Shown piece by piece: positions 19,909 through 29,023 of a stretch of DNA of 64,000 nt. Source of the DNA: a bacterium (GTDB taxonomy: Archaea; Thermoplasmatota; E2; JACPAO01; JAHFTW01). Location of the stretch: the NCBI GenBank assembly GCA_040390065.1, contig JAZJZE010000001.1, positions 262,718 through 326,717 of the forward strand, given 5' to 3'. Both the position numbers and the translations under genes were made by a program. The number at the start of each line of letters is the position of its first letter. Positions within the stretch are counted from its first letter, which is position 1. The notes below the pieces were generated by a model, which ran no database searches, was not told the DNA's origin, and was given only the letters and a program-made list of their open reading frames with translations.

Positions 19909-20871
19909 TCAAACTTCCGCTGCCGTCGCGAGGACTGGCTGCGCGCCGCGCTCGCTGGTGAGGACGATGAGCAGGCTCGAAACCATCCGCGCGCGCTGGT
20001 CCTGCGTGAGGTCCACGATGCCCTCGCGCTTCAGGGACACAAGCACCTCGGAGATGATGCCGACCGCCCCGTTCGCGATGCGTTCGCGCGCCGCGATGAT
20101 GGCGGACGCTTGCTGGCGCTGCAGCATCGCCCCGGCGATCTCCGGACTGTAGGCAAGGTGGGTCAGGCGGGTCTCCATGACCTCGACGCCGGCCACCGCC
20201 AGACGCTGCTGCAATTCGCTTCGCAGGCTCGCGCCGACGATCTCCGCGCCGCCGCGAAGGGTTGCCTGGTTCGCCTTGGCTCCGGTGTCGTACGGGTACT
20301 GCGTCGCGATGTGGCGAAGCGAGGTCTCCGCCTGCACGACCACGAACTGGTTGTAATTCTCGACGTCGAACGTCGCGCGGCCGGTGTCATGCACACGCCA
20401 CACGACGACAGCCGCAATCTCGATGGGGTTGCCGTCGGCGTCGTTCACCTTCAGCCGCTCAGTGTTGAAGTTCTGCACCCGGAGGGTCACCTTGCGTTTG
20501 GTCGTGAAGGGGTTGGTCCAGTACCAGCCGGCCTTCTTCACGGTGCCCCGGTAGCGGCCAAGGAAGATCAGCACCTCGGCCTGGTTGGGTTGGATGACGA
20601 ACATGCCTCCGAGGCAAAGGAACGCCGACACCCCAAGCACGATCGCGATGGGAATGAAGACCACTGCCCCCGATCCGCCCGGTAGCACGCCGAAGGCGAC
20701 GGCGCCGCCTGCGAAGACGAGGACGAAGAGTACGCCGACGATTCCCGGGACCGCAAAGGCCTCGCGCTCGACGGTGCTATGGCCGGGGTTCACGACCAGC
20801 GTGGAAGGCGCCGGTCGAACACTCGGTGGGGACGTCGGTGCCTGGGCGCGGGGGCCAGGAGTTGTTGGCAT
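19909..20871 (-). CDS. SPFH (band 7) domain membrane protein
   Basis: LKVNDADGNPIEIAAVVVW, LAYSPEIAGAMLQRQQA. Confidence 0.9.
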   Translation of the reverse strand: MPTTPGPRAQAPTSPPSVRPAPSTLVVNPGHSTVEREAFAVPGIVGVLFVLVFAGGAVAFGVLPGGSGAVVFIPIAIVLGVSAFLCLGGMFVIQPNQAEVLIFLGRYRGTVKKAGWYWTNPFTTKRKVTLRVQNFNTERLKVNDADGNPIEIAAVVVWRVHDTGRATFDVENYNQFVVVQAETSLRHIATQYPYDTGAKANQATLRGGAEIVGASLRSELQQRLAVAGVEVMETRLTHLAYSPEIAGAMLQRQQASAIIAARERIANGAVGIISEVLVSLKREGIVDLTQDQRARMVSSLLIVLTSERGAQPVLATAAEV

Positions 20872-20939
20872 CGGTGGCGCGAGCGGTTGCGTCCGTTATG
20901 AACGCACGGTCGGTCGGCATGCGTGCTGCGCCGCGGGGT

Positions 20940-21542
20940 TCAGGCCCGGTTCGGTTCCCACAGGACTTCGGCGCGACCCTGCACCTTCGCGGCCCAGCGC
21001 GACCATACAAACAGTGCGTCCGAGAGCCGGTTGAGGTACCGGACCTCGATGTCACAGCCGCCCGCCTGGCGCTGCAATCCCACCGTGATGCGTTCGGCGC
21101 GCCGGCAGACGGTCCGGGCGAGATGCAGGAGGGCGTTGAGGCGGGAGCCACCGGGCAGGACGAAGGAACGCAGCGCGGGCAGTTGCGCCGTCATCCGGTC
21201 CATCTCCGATTCGAGCCACGCGATGTCCGCGTCGCTTGCGCGGGGCTGCTGCGGCCGGAGGTCCGCGGGCAGAGTGGCGAGGCATGAGCCCACGTTGAAC
21301 AGCTGGTGCTGCACGCGCAACAGGGCGGCGTCCAACTCGGGGACGGCCGGCGTCAGTTCTGATGCAGCGGCACGGCACAAGCCCACGACGGCGTTGAGTT
21401 CGTCGACCGTGCCGTACGCCTCGATGCGCGCGTCATCCTTGGGGACGCGTTGCCCGCCGACGAGCGCCGTCTCGCCCTTGTCGCCGGTCTTCGTGTAGAC
21501 CTTGGAGATGGCGAGGCGCGGCTCCTTGAAGTCCTTGGCCAC
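20940..21542 (-). CDS. Cob(I)alamin adenosyltransferase, PduO type
   Basis: YTKTGDKGET, AYGTVDELN, ARTVCRRAER, YLNRLSD. Confidence 0.95.
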   Translation of the reverse strand: MAKDFKEPRLAISKVYTKTGDKGETALVGGQRVPKDDARIEAYGTVDELNAVVGLCRAAASELTPAVPELDAALLRVQHQLFNVGSCLATLPADLRPQQPRASDADIAWLESEMDRMTAQLPALRSFVLPGGSRLNALLHLARTVCRRAERITVGLQRQAGGCDIEVRYLNRLSDALFVWSRWAAKVQGRAEVLWEPNRA

Positions 21543-21572
21543 GCCGTGGGCAACGGGGGCGTTGGACTTAAC

Positions 21573-21953
21573 TCACGCCATGGTCACGAGCCGGCTGCGC
21601 TGGACTTCGCGCATGCGTTGCAGCGTGTCTTGCAGGGCCTGCACGCGTTCGGGCGGCCCGCCGACGATGAGGACGTCCATGCACGTGTCGGGTTCGCAGT
21701 GGGTGTGCATGAGGCTGAGGACGACGTCGTGGAAGGCGTGGCGCGCGTCCGAGATGCGTGGCTCCTTGTCGTGCGGATAGAGCATCGTGATGGAGCCGTG
21801 CATGTGCCGGCCTTTCGGCACGGCGCGGGCCTGCAGGTGGTCGCGCGACGCGGCCCGCAGGAACTCGCTGCGGCCTTTGTAGCCGCCGGCGGCGATGGCG
21901 TGGTCCATTTCGGCCACGAGGTCGGCCGGCAGGCTGGCGGAGACGATGGGCAC
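21573..21953 (-). CDS. NikR-like ribbon-helix-helix metal-responsive regulator
   Basis: N-terminal RHH (IVSASLP..GYKGRSEFLR); C-terminal H..HTHC...C metal site. Confidence 0.85.
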   Translation of the reverse strand: MPIVSASLPADLVAEMDHAIAAGGYKGRSEFLRAASRDHLQARAVPKGRHMHGSITMLYPHDKEPRISDARHAFHDVVLSLMHTHCEPDTCMDVLIVGGPPERVQALQDTLQRMREVQRSRLVTMA

Positions 21954-22005
21954 GTTGTGAGCAACGCCGCCCGAGGATTCATAACAATTGGCAAGAGATT
22001 ATGAA
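21954..22005. promoter_or_regulatory. Candidate operator inverted repeats in the nikR-like/znuA divergent intergenic region
   Basis: GTTGTGA-N18-TCATAAC (1 mismatch) and perfect TTCATAA-N14-TTATGAA. Confidence 0.45.
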
Positions 22006-22027
22006 CATGGGCGGCTCCCGCCAGGCC

Positions 22028-22912
22028 ATGAAGCTGCAACTCATCCTCGCCCTTGCCGCGCTCGCCGGGACCAGCATGGCCGGATGCTCGGCGTCCGAAC
22101 CCACCCCCGACGTCATGGCCACCTTCTACCCGCTCGCGTTCCTGGCCCAGCAGATCGGCGGCGGCAACGTCACCGTCGGCTCCATCGTGAAGGATGGCGT
22201 CGAACCGCACGACTACGAGCCCACGCCGGCCGATGTCAACGCCATCACGGACGCCCGGCTCGTCGTGCTCCAGGGCGCCGGCTTCGAGTCCTGGATCGGC
22301 AACGTCCACATGCACGCCAGTGTCCGCGCCACGGCCGGCCTGGACCTTCGCGAGAACCCGTCGGAGGACGAACGCGCAAGCCTCCCGAACGACCCGCACA
22401 CATGGATGGACCCGCCCATGTACGCCCGCATGGCCCGCAACGTCGAGGACGCCATGGTCCAGGTCTTCCCCGAAAAGGCGGCAGGCCTGCACGCCCGGGC
22501 GGCCGCGCTCGTGGCCCGCATCGACGCGCTTGACGGCGAATTCCGCTCGGGCCTTGCACATTGCAGCAAGAACGCCATCATCACCGGCCACGCCGCCTTC
22601 GGCTACATGGCCCGCGACTACGGCTTCGAGCAGATCGCGATCAGCGGCCTTGACCCAGAATCGGAACCGGACAGCGCCACCATCAACCACGTCATCGACG
22701 AGGCCCGCGCCCGCAACATCACCGTGATCTTCTTCGAGGACCAGGTGAATCCGGCGCTTGTCAACACGATCGCCAACGAGGTCCACGCCGAGACGCGCAT
22801 CCTCAGCCCCATCGAGGCCATCCCGGCAGGCAAGCTCGCGGCCGGAGCCGACTACATCACGGTCCAGCACGAAAACCTCGCCAACCTGCGCCACGCGATG
22901 CAGTGCGCCTGA
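22028..22912 (+). CDS. znuA: Zn/Mn ABC transporter substrate-binding lipoprotein (ZnuA family)
   Basis: Lipobox MAGC, EPHDYEPT, DPHTWMDP, HAAFGY. Confidence 0.9.
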   Translation: MKLQLILALAALAGTSMAGCSASEPTPDVMATFYPLAFLAQQIGGGNVTVGSIVKDGVEPHDYEPTPADVNAITDARLVVLQGAGFESWIGNVHMHASVRATAGLDLRENPSEDERASLPNDPHTWMDPPMYARMARNVEDAMVQVFPEKAAGLHARAAALVARIDALDGEFRSGLAHCSKNAIITGHAAFGYMARDYGFEQIAISGLDPESEPDSATINHVIDEARARNITVIFFEDQVNPALVNTIANEVHAETRILSPIEAIPAGKLAAGADYITVQHENLANLRHAMQCA

Positions 22913-22920
22913 CCGAAGTT

Positions 22921-23712
22921 ATGACCCCCGAACTTGTGGCGGACCCCGTGGCACCCGGCGGCCCTGGCATCGTCCTCGACGTCGACGACGTGTGCGTCCA
23001 GCTCGGCAACACAAACGTCCTCCAAGACGTCACCTTCCAGGTCCGGGCGGGCGAGTTCGTCGGCGTGGCGGGGCCCAACGGCGGCGGCAAGTCCACGCTG
23101 CTGCGCGCCATCGTCGGGCTCGTCCCGACCTGCTGTGGGACCATCCGCCTCTTCGGCGAGCGCGGAGCCCCCATCGCGACGCGTCGCCGCACGGCCTACC
23201 TGGCGCAGAACGAGGCCCACGTCGATCCCCTGTTTCCCGCGACGGCGATGGAGGTCGCCATGCTGGGGCGCGTCGCCAAGCGCGGCCTGCTTCGTGGCCT
23301 GGGCGCCGCCGACCGGCGGGCCGCCCTGCAAAGCCTCGAGGACGTAGGCGTCGCCCACCTCAAGGATCGCCTCATCGGGAGCCTGAGCGGCGGGCAGCGC
23401 CAACGCGTGCTCCTGGCCAAGGCGCTAGCGGGCGACCCCGAGCTCCTGCTTCTCGACGAGCCTACGACTGGCGTGGACCCGAAGGCACGCGACGACTTCC
23501 ACCACCTGCTTGCCGACCTCAACCAACGCCGCGGCATCACCGTCCTCCTCGTCAGCCACGACACGGATTTCCTGGCCCACGTGGCCCATCGCGTCCTCGT
23601 GGTCGACCGGGGCATCCACTTCGACGGCGATCCAAGAGCGCGCCCCGACGTCCTTGCCAACCTGCACGGCAACGGCCACGCCGCGCACCAGCACGAGGCG
23701 GCCGCGCCATGA
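22921..23712 (+). CDS. znuC: Metal ABC transporter ATPase
   Basis: GPNGGGKST, LSGGQRQR, LDEPTTGVD, VSHD, His-rich tail. Confidence 0.9.
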   Translation: MTPELVADPVAPGGPGIVLDVDDVCVQLGNTNVLQDVTFQVRAGEFVGVAGPNGGGKSTLLRAIVGLVPTCCGTIRLFGERGAPIATRRRTAYLAQNEAHVDPLFPATAMEVAMLGRVAKRGLLRGLGAADRRAALQSLEDVGVAHLKDRLIGSLSGGQRQRVLLAKALAGDPELLLLDEPTTGVDPKARDDFHHLLADLNQRRGITVLLVSHDTDFLAHVAHRVLVVDRGIHFDGDPRARPDVLANLHGNGHAAHQHEAAAP

Positions 23713-24536
23713 ATCCCATCGAACAGGTCCTGCACTACCAATACCTGCAGCACGCCCTGCTGGGCGGCGTCCTGGTCGCCGTCGTCTGCGGTGTCCTTGG
23801 CGTGTTCCTCGTCCTGCGCGGCCTCAGCCTGCTCGGGGACGGCCTGGCCCACGTCAGTTTCGGCGGCGTCGCCCTCGGCCTGACGGTCAGCTTCTACCCT
23901 ACATACGTCGCATTGGCCTTCACCATCGCGGGAGCCCTCCTGATCCACCTCCTGCGTACGCGAGGCATCGTCCGCGGCGACACGGCCATCGGCATCCTGT
24001 TCACGACCGGCCTGGCGTTCGGCAGAGTCCTGCTCAGCCGCGGCTCCTTCAACGTCAACGTCGACAGCCTGCTGTTCGGCCAGCTGCTCGGCGTCCCGGA
24101 GAGCGACCTGCCGGTGGTCCTCGTGGTGGGCGTCGGTCTTCTCGTGCTCCTTGGCCTGTTCCGCAAGGAATTCTTCTACATGACGTACAGCGAGCCTGGA
24201 GCACAGGTGGCCGGGCTTCCCGTGCAACCTCTCAACGCCCTCTTCATGGCGCTTACCGCCACCGCCATCGTCGTGGCCTCGAAGATGGTCGGCGTCCTCC
24301 TCGTGAGCGCGCTCCTCATCATGCCGGCCGCCGCGAGCCTCCAACTGGCCCGGAGCTTCAACAAGGCCATCCTCTTCAGCGTCGTCTTCGGCCTGGCCAG
24401 CGTCGCCGCCGGCTTCTGGTTCTCGCTTGGCCCCGGACATTTCCCGACGGGCGCGAGCATCGCGTTGTGCAGTTCGGCCCTCTTCGCCGCCGCGGCCCTT
24501 GCGCGACCGCTCCTGCGGCGGGCCCCTTCTGCCTAG
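23709..24536 (+). CDS. znuB: Metal ABC transporter permease
   Basis: SLLGDGLAHVSFGG, VGVLLVSALLIMPA. Confidence 0.9.
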   Translation: MNPIEQVLHYQYLQHALLGGVLVAVVCGVLGVFLVLRGLSLLGDGLAHVSFGGVALGLTVSFYPTYVALAFTIAGALLIHLLRTRGIVRGDTAIGILFTTGLAFGRVLLSRGSFNVNVDSLLFGQLLGVPESDLPVVLVVGVGLLVLLGLFRKEFFYMTYSEPGAQVAGLPVQPLNALFMALTATAIVVASKMVGVLLVSALLIMPAAASLQLARSFNKAILFSVVFGLASVAAGFWFSLGPGHFPTGASIALCSSALFAAAALARPLLRRAPSA

Positions 24537-24585
24537 GCAGACGGGATTCGTCAGCCTCAAAGCCCCCCGTCGCGCTGCAAACCGC

Positions 24586-24915
24586 GTGGACTCTGCCGCC
24601 CTGCTTCGCCTCATCAGCGAATCGACGCGGCACGGCTTGCTGAAGGCCTTGCGGGGCGGCGAACGCACCGTCGGCGAACTCGTAGCAGCCCTCGGCGACG
24701 AACAAAGCAACGTCAGCCACCACCTCGCCACGCTGCGCAGGGAAGGCCTCGTTTCCGCCCGCCGCGCTGGCCGCAAACAAGTCTACCGCCTTGCCGACGC
24801 CGAGGTCGGACGCATGCTCGACCAAGTCGACGCGTTGGCGACCCGCCTGGACCACGTGGCGTACACCGCCGCGCTGGGAATCCCGACCGATCCCGCATTC
24901 CACGGGTACGGCTGA
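24586..24915 (+). CDS. ArsR/SmtB family transcriptional regulator
   Basis: TVGELV..QSNVSHHLATLRREGLV..GRKQVYRL. Confidence 0.85.
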   Translation: MDSAALLRLISESTRHGLLKALRGGERTVGELVAALGDEQSNVSHHLATLRREGLVSARRAGRKQVYRLADAEVGRMLDQVDALATRLDHVAYTAALGIPTDPAFHGYG

Positions 24916-24922
24916 TTGAAAA

Positions 24923-24940
24923 CGCCCGGTCTGGGATTTG
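24923..24940 (-). repeat. 18-bp duplicate of the tRNA-Asp 3' end
   Basis: CGCCCGGTCTGGGATTTG identical to 25036-25053. Confidence 0.85.
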
Positions 24941-25035
24941 CTTCCAGCGACCTTCAGAAAGGTCGATCATCACAGGTGGGGCCTGCGCGATTCCATCGCT
25001 TCGGCCCCACGCTCGCCCACGCTCCCGACGGACTA

Positions 25036-25108
25036 CGCCCGGTCTGGGATTTGAACCCAGGTCGGAACCGTGACAGGGTCCCATGATAGGCCGCTACACT
25101 AACCGGGC
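25036..25108 (-). tRNA. tRNA-Asp (GUC)
   Basis: Cloverleaf GCCCGGT..CTGTCAC loop..GGTTCAAATCC..ACCGGGCG. Confidence 0.95.
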
Positions 25109-25238
25109 AAACGTGATGTCACCACCCGGCCACGAGGCCGGATGCCAGGTGCGCCGACTTGAGACTCCCATTTAGTCGTTGTCCGTCGGGCGCGGGCTGG
25201 GGCCCGGTCTGCAGCTGGGCAGTCGGCAGCGAGATTCG

Positions 25239-25425
25239 GGGAAGCTCCGCCGCGCCCTCGGCTCGCCCTTCCGTTTGGCGCCTGCGGTTCAAGTCATCTG
25301 GGAGGCTCCGCGGCGCTGCGCGCGGCTCGCTCTTCCGTTTGGCGCCCGCGGATCAAGTCATCAGGGAGGCTCCGCCGCGCTGCGCGCGGCTCGCTCTTCC
25401 GTTTGGCGCTTCGCGCCAAACATCA
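25239..25425. repeat. Three tandem ~64-bp GC-rich REP-like units
   Basis: Units start at 25239, 25300, 25364; shared GGGARGCTCCGC..GGCTCGCYCTTCCGTTTGGCGC..CATCW. Confidence 0.85.
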
Positions 25426-25426
25426 G

Positions 25427-25499
25427 TGGGTCCTACCAGATTTGAACTGGTGGCTTGCTCCGTGTGAAGGAGCCGTCATAACCGCTAGACCAAGGACCC
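25427..25499 (-). tRNA. tRNA-Val (CAC)
   Basis: GGGTCCT..GCTCC-TTCACAC-GGAGC..GTTCAAAT..AGGACCCA. Confidence 0.9.
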
Positions 25500-25648
25500 G
25501 ATGGGGGCGCCGACTTGGCGTTGTCATTTGAGGGTTTGCCGGCGGGCGCTGATGTGGGGCCGAGCACGGCGAGGCCCCACGATGCAGGGGTTTCGAAAGG
25601 GGCGGAGCCGCGGCGGACGCCGCGGCGGCAGCCCCTTCGGGGGGCTCG

Positions 25649-25696
25649 GCTCCGTGTGAAGGAGCCGTCATAACCGCTAGACCAAGGACCCGATGG
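25649..25696 (-). pseudogene. Exact duplicate of the tRNA-Val 5' half (acceptor 5' strand, D arm, anticodon arm) plus 5 nt of leader
   Basis: 48 bp identical to 25457-25504; no T arm or 3' acceptor strand follows. Confidence 0.85.
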
Positions 25697-25744
25697 CGCC
25701 GCCACAAGGGGGCGTGATTTGAGCGTTTGCGACGGCGCGGGCCC

Positions 25745-26254
25745 CTACGTGAAGACCGCGCGGCCGGTCATGAGGAGGAACGTGATGCCGACCAGCGTGA
25801 TGCCGAGGACGCTGCTCCTGCCGATCTTCATGGCCAGGGCCTCGAATTTGGCTGCCTGCTCCGGCGAAGGCCCGCCGGCCCCGACCTGGGCGACGAGCTT
25901 CTTGAGCTTCGCCTCGGTCGGCAAGATGACGGCGATGCCGTCCAGAAATGCCAGGATGGCCAGGACCATGCCGACGGTAATCATCCCAAGCGAGTTGCTG
26001 CCAAACGGCGTCTTGTAGATCTCTTCCTTGAAGTAGAGGGTGAGGCCGGCGACAATCGTGATGCCGGCGACGGGGCCGTAGTACTTGCCGAAGCCGCCGC
26101 GACGGACGACGGTCATCATGAAGCCCTTGCCCGCCATCCCGGCATCCTTCACCGCGGGCATGATCATGGTGAGCATGAACACCCCGGCGCCGAGCCAGAG
26201 GACGGCACCAAGGATGTGGACAAGGCGGACCGCGGCGACCCAGTCAAAGGCCAT
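25745..26254 (-). CDS. 4-TM membrane protein (DUF2269/CopD-like)
   Basis: VRLVHILGAVLWLG motif, 4 TM. Confidence 0.7.
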   Translation of the reverse strand: MAFDWVAAVRLVHILGAVLWLGAGVFMLTMIMPAVKDAGMAGKGFMMTVVRRGGFGKYYGPVAGITIVAGLTLYFKEEIYKTPFGSNSLGMITVGMVLAILAFLDGIAVILPTEAKLKKLVAQVGAGGPSPEQAAKFEALAMKIGRSSVLGITLVGITFLLMTGRAVFT

Positions 26255-26342
26255 GGGGGCAAGAGCGGCCCGGCCGTCTTGACCATGCCGGGTCGCGCCG
26301 GACCTGTCAGGCCCGCCAGGCATCCTGGGCCGCCGCCAACGC

Positions 26343-26349
26343 ATATATA
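26343..26349 (+). promoter_or_regulatory. TATA-box candidate for rpl10e
   Basis: ATATATA in GC-rich context ~35 bp before ATG; GGTGA SD-like motif follows. Confidence 0.55.
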
Positions 26350-26384
26350 CGGGGCCTCTGTCGCCGCGTCAGTCTGGTGACCGT

Positions 26385-26903
26385 ATGGCAAAGAACCCGG
26401 CCCGAATGTACCGCAAGATCATGCAGCATGCCTACACGCGCCGTGAGTTCATGGGCGGCGTGCCGGGCAATCGCATCCTGCAGTACCAGGCGGGCAAAGT
26501 CAACGGCGACTTCCCCGTCGTCCTGGACCTCATTCCGGAGGAGCGCGGCCAGATCCGCCACACGGCCCTCGAGGCCATGCGTATCACTGCCGTCCGTGCC
26601 CTCGATGCCGCCCTCGGCCGCGAGAACTACCACTTGCACGTCCGTGTCTACCCGCACCACGTCCTGCGCCAGAACAAGCAGGCGTCTGGCGCTGGCGCCG
26701 ACCGTGTGTCGATGGGCATGCGCCTGGCGTTCGGCAAGGCCATCGGCACGGCAGCCCGTGTCGAGGCCGGCCAATCCGTCCTCACCGTCCGCGTCACTGC
26801 GAAGGGCTTCTCGGCTGGCAAGGAAGCCATGCGCAAGGCCTACAACAAGATCGCAAGCCCCTGCCACATCGATGTCAAGGGCCTCGACCTCGTCACCTTC
26901 TAA
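26385..26903 (+). CDS. rpl10e: 50S ribosomal protein uL16 (L10e)
   Basis: AYTRREFMGGVP, QIRHTALEA, VYPHHVLR, GADRVSMGMRLAFGK. Confidence 0.97.
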   Translation: MAKNPARMYRKIMQHAYTRREFMGGVPGNRILQYQAGKVNGDFPVVLDLIPEERGQIRHTALEAMRITAVRALDAALGRENYHLHVRVYPHHVLRQNKQASGAGADRVSMGMRLAFGKAIGTAARVEAGQSVLTVRVTAKGFSAGKEAMRKAYNKIASPCHIDVKGLDLVTF

Positions 26904-26936
26904 GGTGCCCGCACGGCCATCCGCAGCCGCGCGCTG

Positions 26937-27335
26937 TTGGCGTTTTCCGTCGTCCTGTTGAGTTCGTCTGCGGCGCTGGCGTTGGTGCTCGAACACGACG
27001 CCGTCGGTCTCGATGCCGGTGCTGCCGCCCGCGCTCCCGCCGGCGCCCATGTCCGTTTGCGCGGCACGCCGACACCCGTCATGCAGGCGGCCCCAAGTCT
27101 CCTCGACGCGCTGCCGCACGCCAGCGCACGGCTGCCCTTGGACAACTTCACCTACGCCATCGACGCGGGGACGGACGGAATGGTCTGGATCACGTCACCG
27201 TCCGCGCACACCGGGGGCACCACTGCCATCATCTCTGGCACAGTGATCGCACATGCCCAAATGCCGGGGTATGCCGCCCGGCCACTCACGATCGTGCGCC
27301 TCGAATCCTGGACGACGCCCGTACTTTTCCGGTGA
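26937..27335 (+). CDS. Hypothetical secreted protein
   Basis: Hydrophobic N-terminus; start codon uncertain. Confidence 0.4.
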   Translation: MAFSVVLLSSSAALALVLEHDAVGLDAGAAARAPAGAHVRLRGTPTPVMQAAPSLLDALPHASARLPLDNFTYAIDAGTDGMVWITSPSAHTGGTTAIISGTVIAHAQMPGYAARPLTIVRLESWTTPVLFR

Positions 27336-27339
27336 CCGC

Positions 27340-28098
27340 TTGCAGCCGAGCAGCTGGTGGACCACGGTCACGTTCCTGGCGCTCCTTGGCATGGCCGTGC
27401 TCGGCTACGCCATCGGGGCCCTCGACCTGCTCGGTGCAGCGGCGTCGTTCTTTCTCGGCCTGTTCATTGCGCTGCTCCCTCGGGCCGGCCTCAGTTGGTT
27501 GTTCCTCCTGGTCCTGTTCACGGGCATGGCCTTCGTGGCCACGCGCGTCGGTTACGCCACGAAGAAGGAGCGGCGAATCGCCGAGGGCGAGGCCGGCGAG
27601 CGCGGCGCCCGCAACGTCATGGGAAACGGCACGGCAGCAGCCTTCGCCGCGCTGGCCACCCAACTCGAGCCGGCGCTGCCGCACCTGGCCGCGCAACTGG
27701 CCTTTGCCACGGCCGTCGCGGCCGTCGCGGCCGACACGCTGGCATCCGAGCTTGGGTCCCTTGCCCGGCGCGCACGCTCGATCATGCCGCCCTTCGCCGA
27801 CGTTCCGCCAGGCGCAAACGGCGGTGTCAGCTGGCCCGGCCAAGCGGCGGCCGCCGCAGCCGCCATCACCATCGCGTGGGCTGCGGTGCCCCTTCTCGGC
27901 CTGCCCTTGCGCATGGCATGGATCCCCGCGGTGGCCGGCTTCCTCGGCTGCCAGATCGACAGCGTGCTCGGCGCCACGCTGGAAGGAGACGCCGACCGCG
28001 GCTTCCGGCCACGGCCGCTCTCGAAACAGGACGTGAACTTCCTTGCGAGCGCGGTGCCCGCCTTCCTGGTCCTCGTCGCCGCAACGGCTTGGACCTGA
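27340..28098 (+). CDS. DUF92 (TMEM19) membrane protein
   Basis: RGARNVMGNG, ADTLASELG, PPGANGGVS, IDSVLGATLE; GGTGA before TTG. Confidence 0.9.
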   Translation: MQPSSWWTTVTFLALLGMAVLGYAIGALDLLGAAASFFLGLFIALLPRAGLSWLFLLVLFTGMAFVATRVGYATKKERRIAEGEAGERGARNVMGNGTAAAFAALATQLEPALPHLAAQLAFATAVAAVAADTLASELGSLARRARSIMPPFADVPPGANGGVSWPGQAAAAAAAITIAWAAVPLLGLPLRMAWIPAVAGFLGCQIDSVLGATLEGDADRGFRPRPLSKQDVNFLASAVPAFLVLVAATAWT

Positions 28099-28135
28099 GG
28101 GCAGCCCTCAAGTGGCGCCGCCGGCTCGCGGCCGC

Positions 28136-28621
28136 ATGGATGCAGCCGCCAAGAAGCACGCCCTCCGACTCGTCCCGTACGGCCTGTACCTGGCCGGTGC
28201 GCGCCATGGCGACGGCCGCCAGTCGGTCAGCCTCGTTTCCTGGTTTACGCAGACAAGCTTCGACCCTCCTCTCGTGGTCCTCGGGCTGCACAAGGAAAGC
28301 GAGGCGCTCAAGGCCGTGCGTGAGACCGGCGTGCTGGCCATCAACCTGCTTGGCGCGACGCAGAAGGACCTCGTCAAGCCCTTCTTCAAGCACGTCGATG
28401 TCAAGGACGCAAAGGCCGGCCCGCTGGACGTCCGAACTGGGGCTGCCACCGGCTGCCCGCTCTTGCCGGCGCTCCCCGCAAGCCTTGAGCTCAAGGTGCG
28501 GCAGCTGTCGGAACTAGGGGACCACGTGACGGCGATCTTCGAGGTCGTCGATGCCCATGTGCACGACAAGGACGCAGCCGCCTTGGACCACAAGACCGCC
28601 GTCCTGCACTATGCCGGTTAG
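28136..28621 (+). CDS. Flavin reductase family protein
   Basis: VPYGLY, SWFTQTSFDPP, GDHV. Confidence 0.85.
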   Translation: MDAAAKKHALRLVPYGLYLAGARHGDGRQSVSLVSWFTQTSFDPPLVVLGLHKESEALKAVRETGVLAINLLGATQKDLVKPFFKHVDVKDAKAGPLDVRTGAATGCPLLPALPASLELKVRQLSELGDHVTAIFEVVDAHVHDKDAAALDHKTAVLHYAG

Positions 28622-28657
28622 ATTCGCTTTTTATCCTCGGCTGCCAATCATCCAGGC

Positions 28658-28978
28658 ATGGCCAGCATGAGCAACGCACGAATCCTCGGCATCGTCCTCA
28701 TCGCGCTCGGCGCCCTCCTGCTTCTCGGTTGGCTGCATATCCCCTACTTGGTGTTCATTCTGGGCATCGTGCTCATCGTCGTGGGCGTCCTCATGCTGAT
28801 GGGCAGTCTGCGCGGCGCCAAGTGGATGGCCGTGCTGGCCTTGGTGCTCGGCATCATCGTCGTCTTGCGTGACGCGCCCGGTCTGAAGTGGATTGGCGAC
28901 GACGTGGGGAACCTCCTGGTCACGGCGGTTGCGATCATCCTGATTGTGCTCGGCGTCCTCAAGGTCATGGAACGGTAG
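28658..28978 (+). CDS. Small 4-TM membrane protein
   Basis: Repeated LGIVLI hydrophobic helices. Confidence 0.7.
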   Translation: MASMSNARILGIVLIALGALLLLGWLHIPYLVFILGIVLIVVGVLMLMGSLRGAKWMAVLALVLGIIVVLRDAPGLKWIGDDVGNLLVTAVAIILIVLGVLKVMER

Positions 28979-29023
28979 CCCGTCTGCCGGCACGGCCTTA
29001 GGAACGGACCCCTTGCGCCAGGC

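Noticed and set aside
25239-25425. C/D-box sRNA reading of the 64-bp units (UGAUGA on minus strand)
   Set aside because: No properly spaced D, D' or C' boxes.
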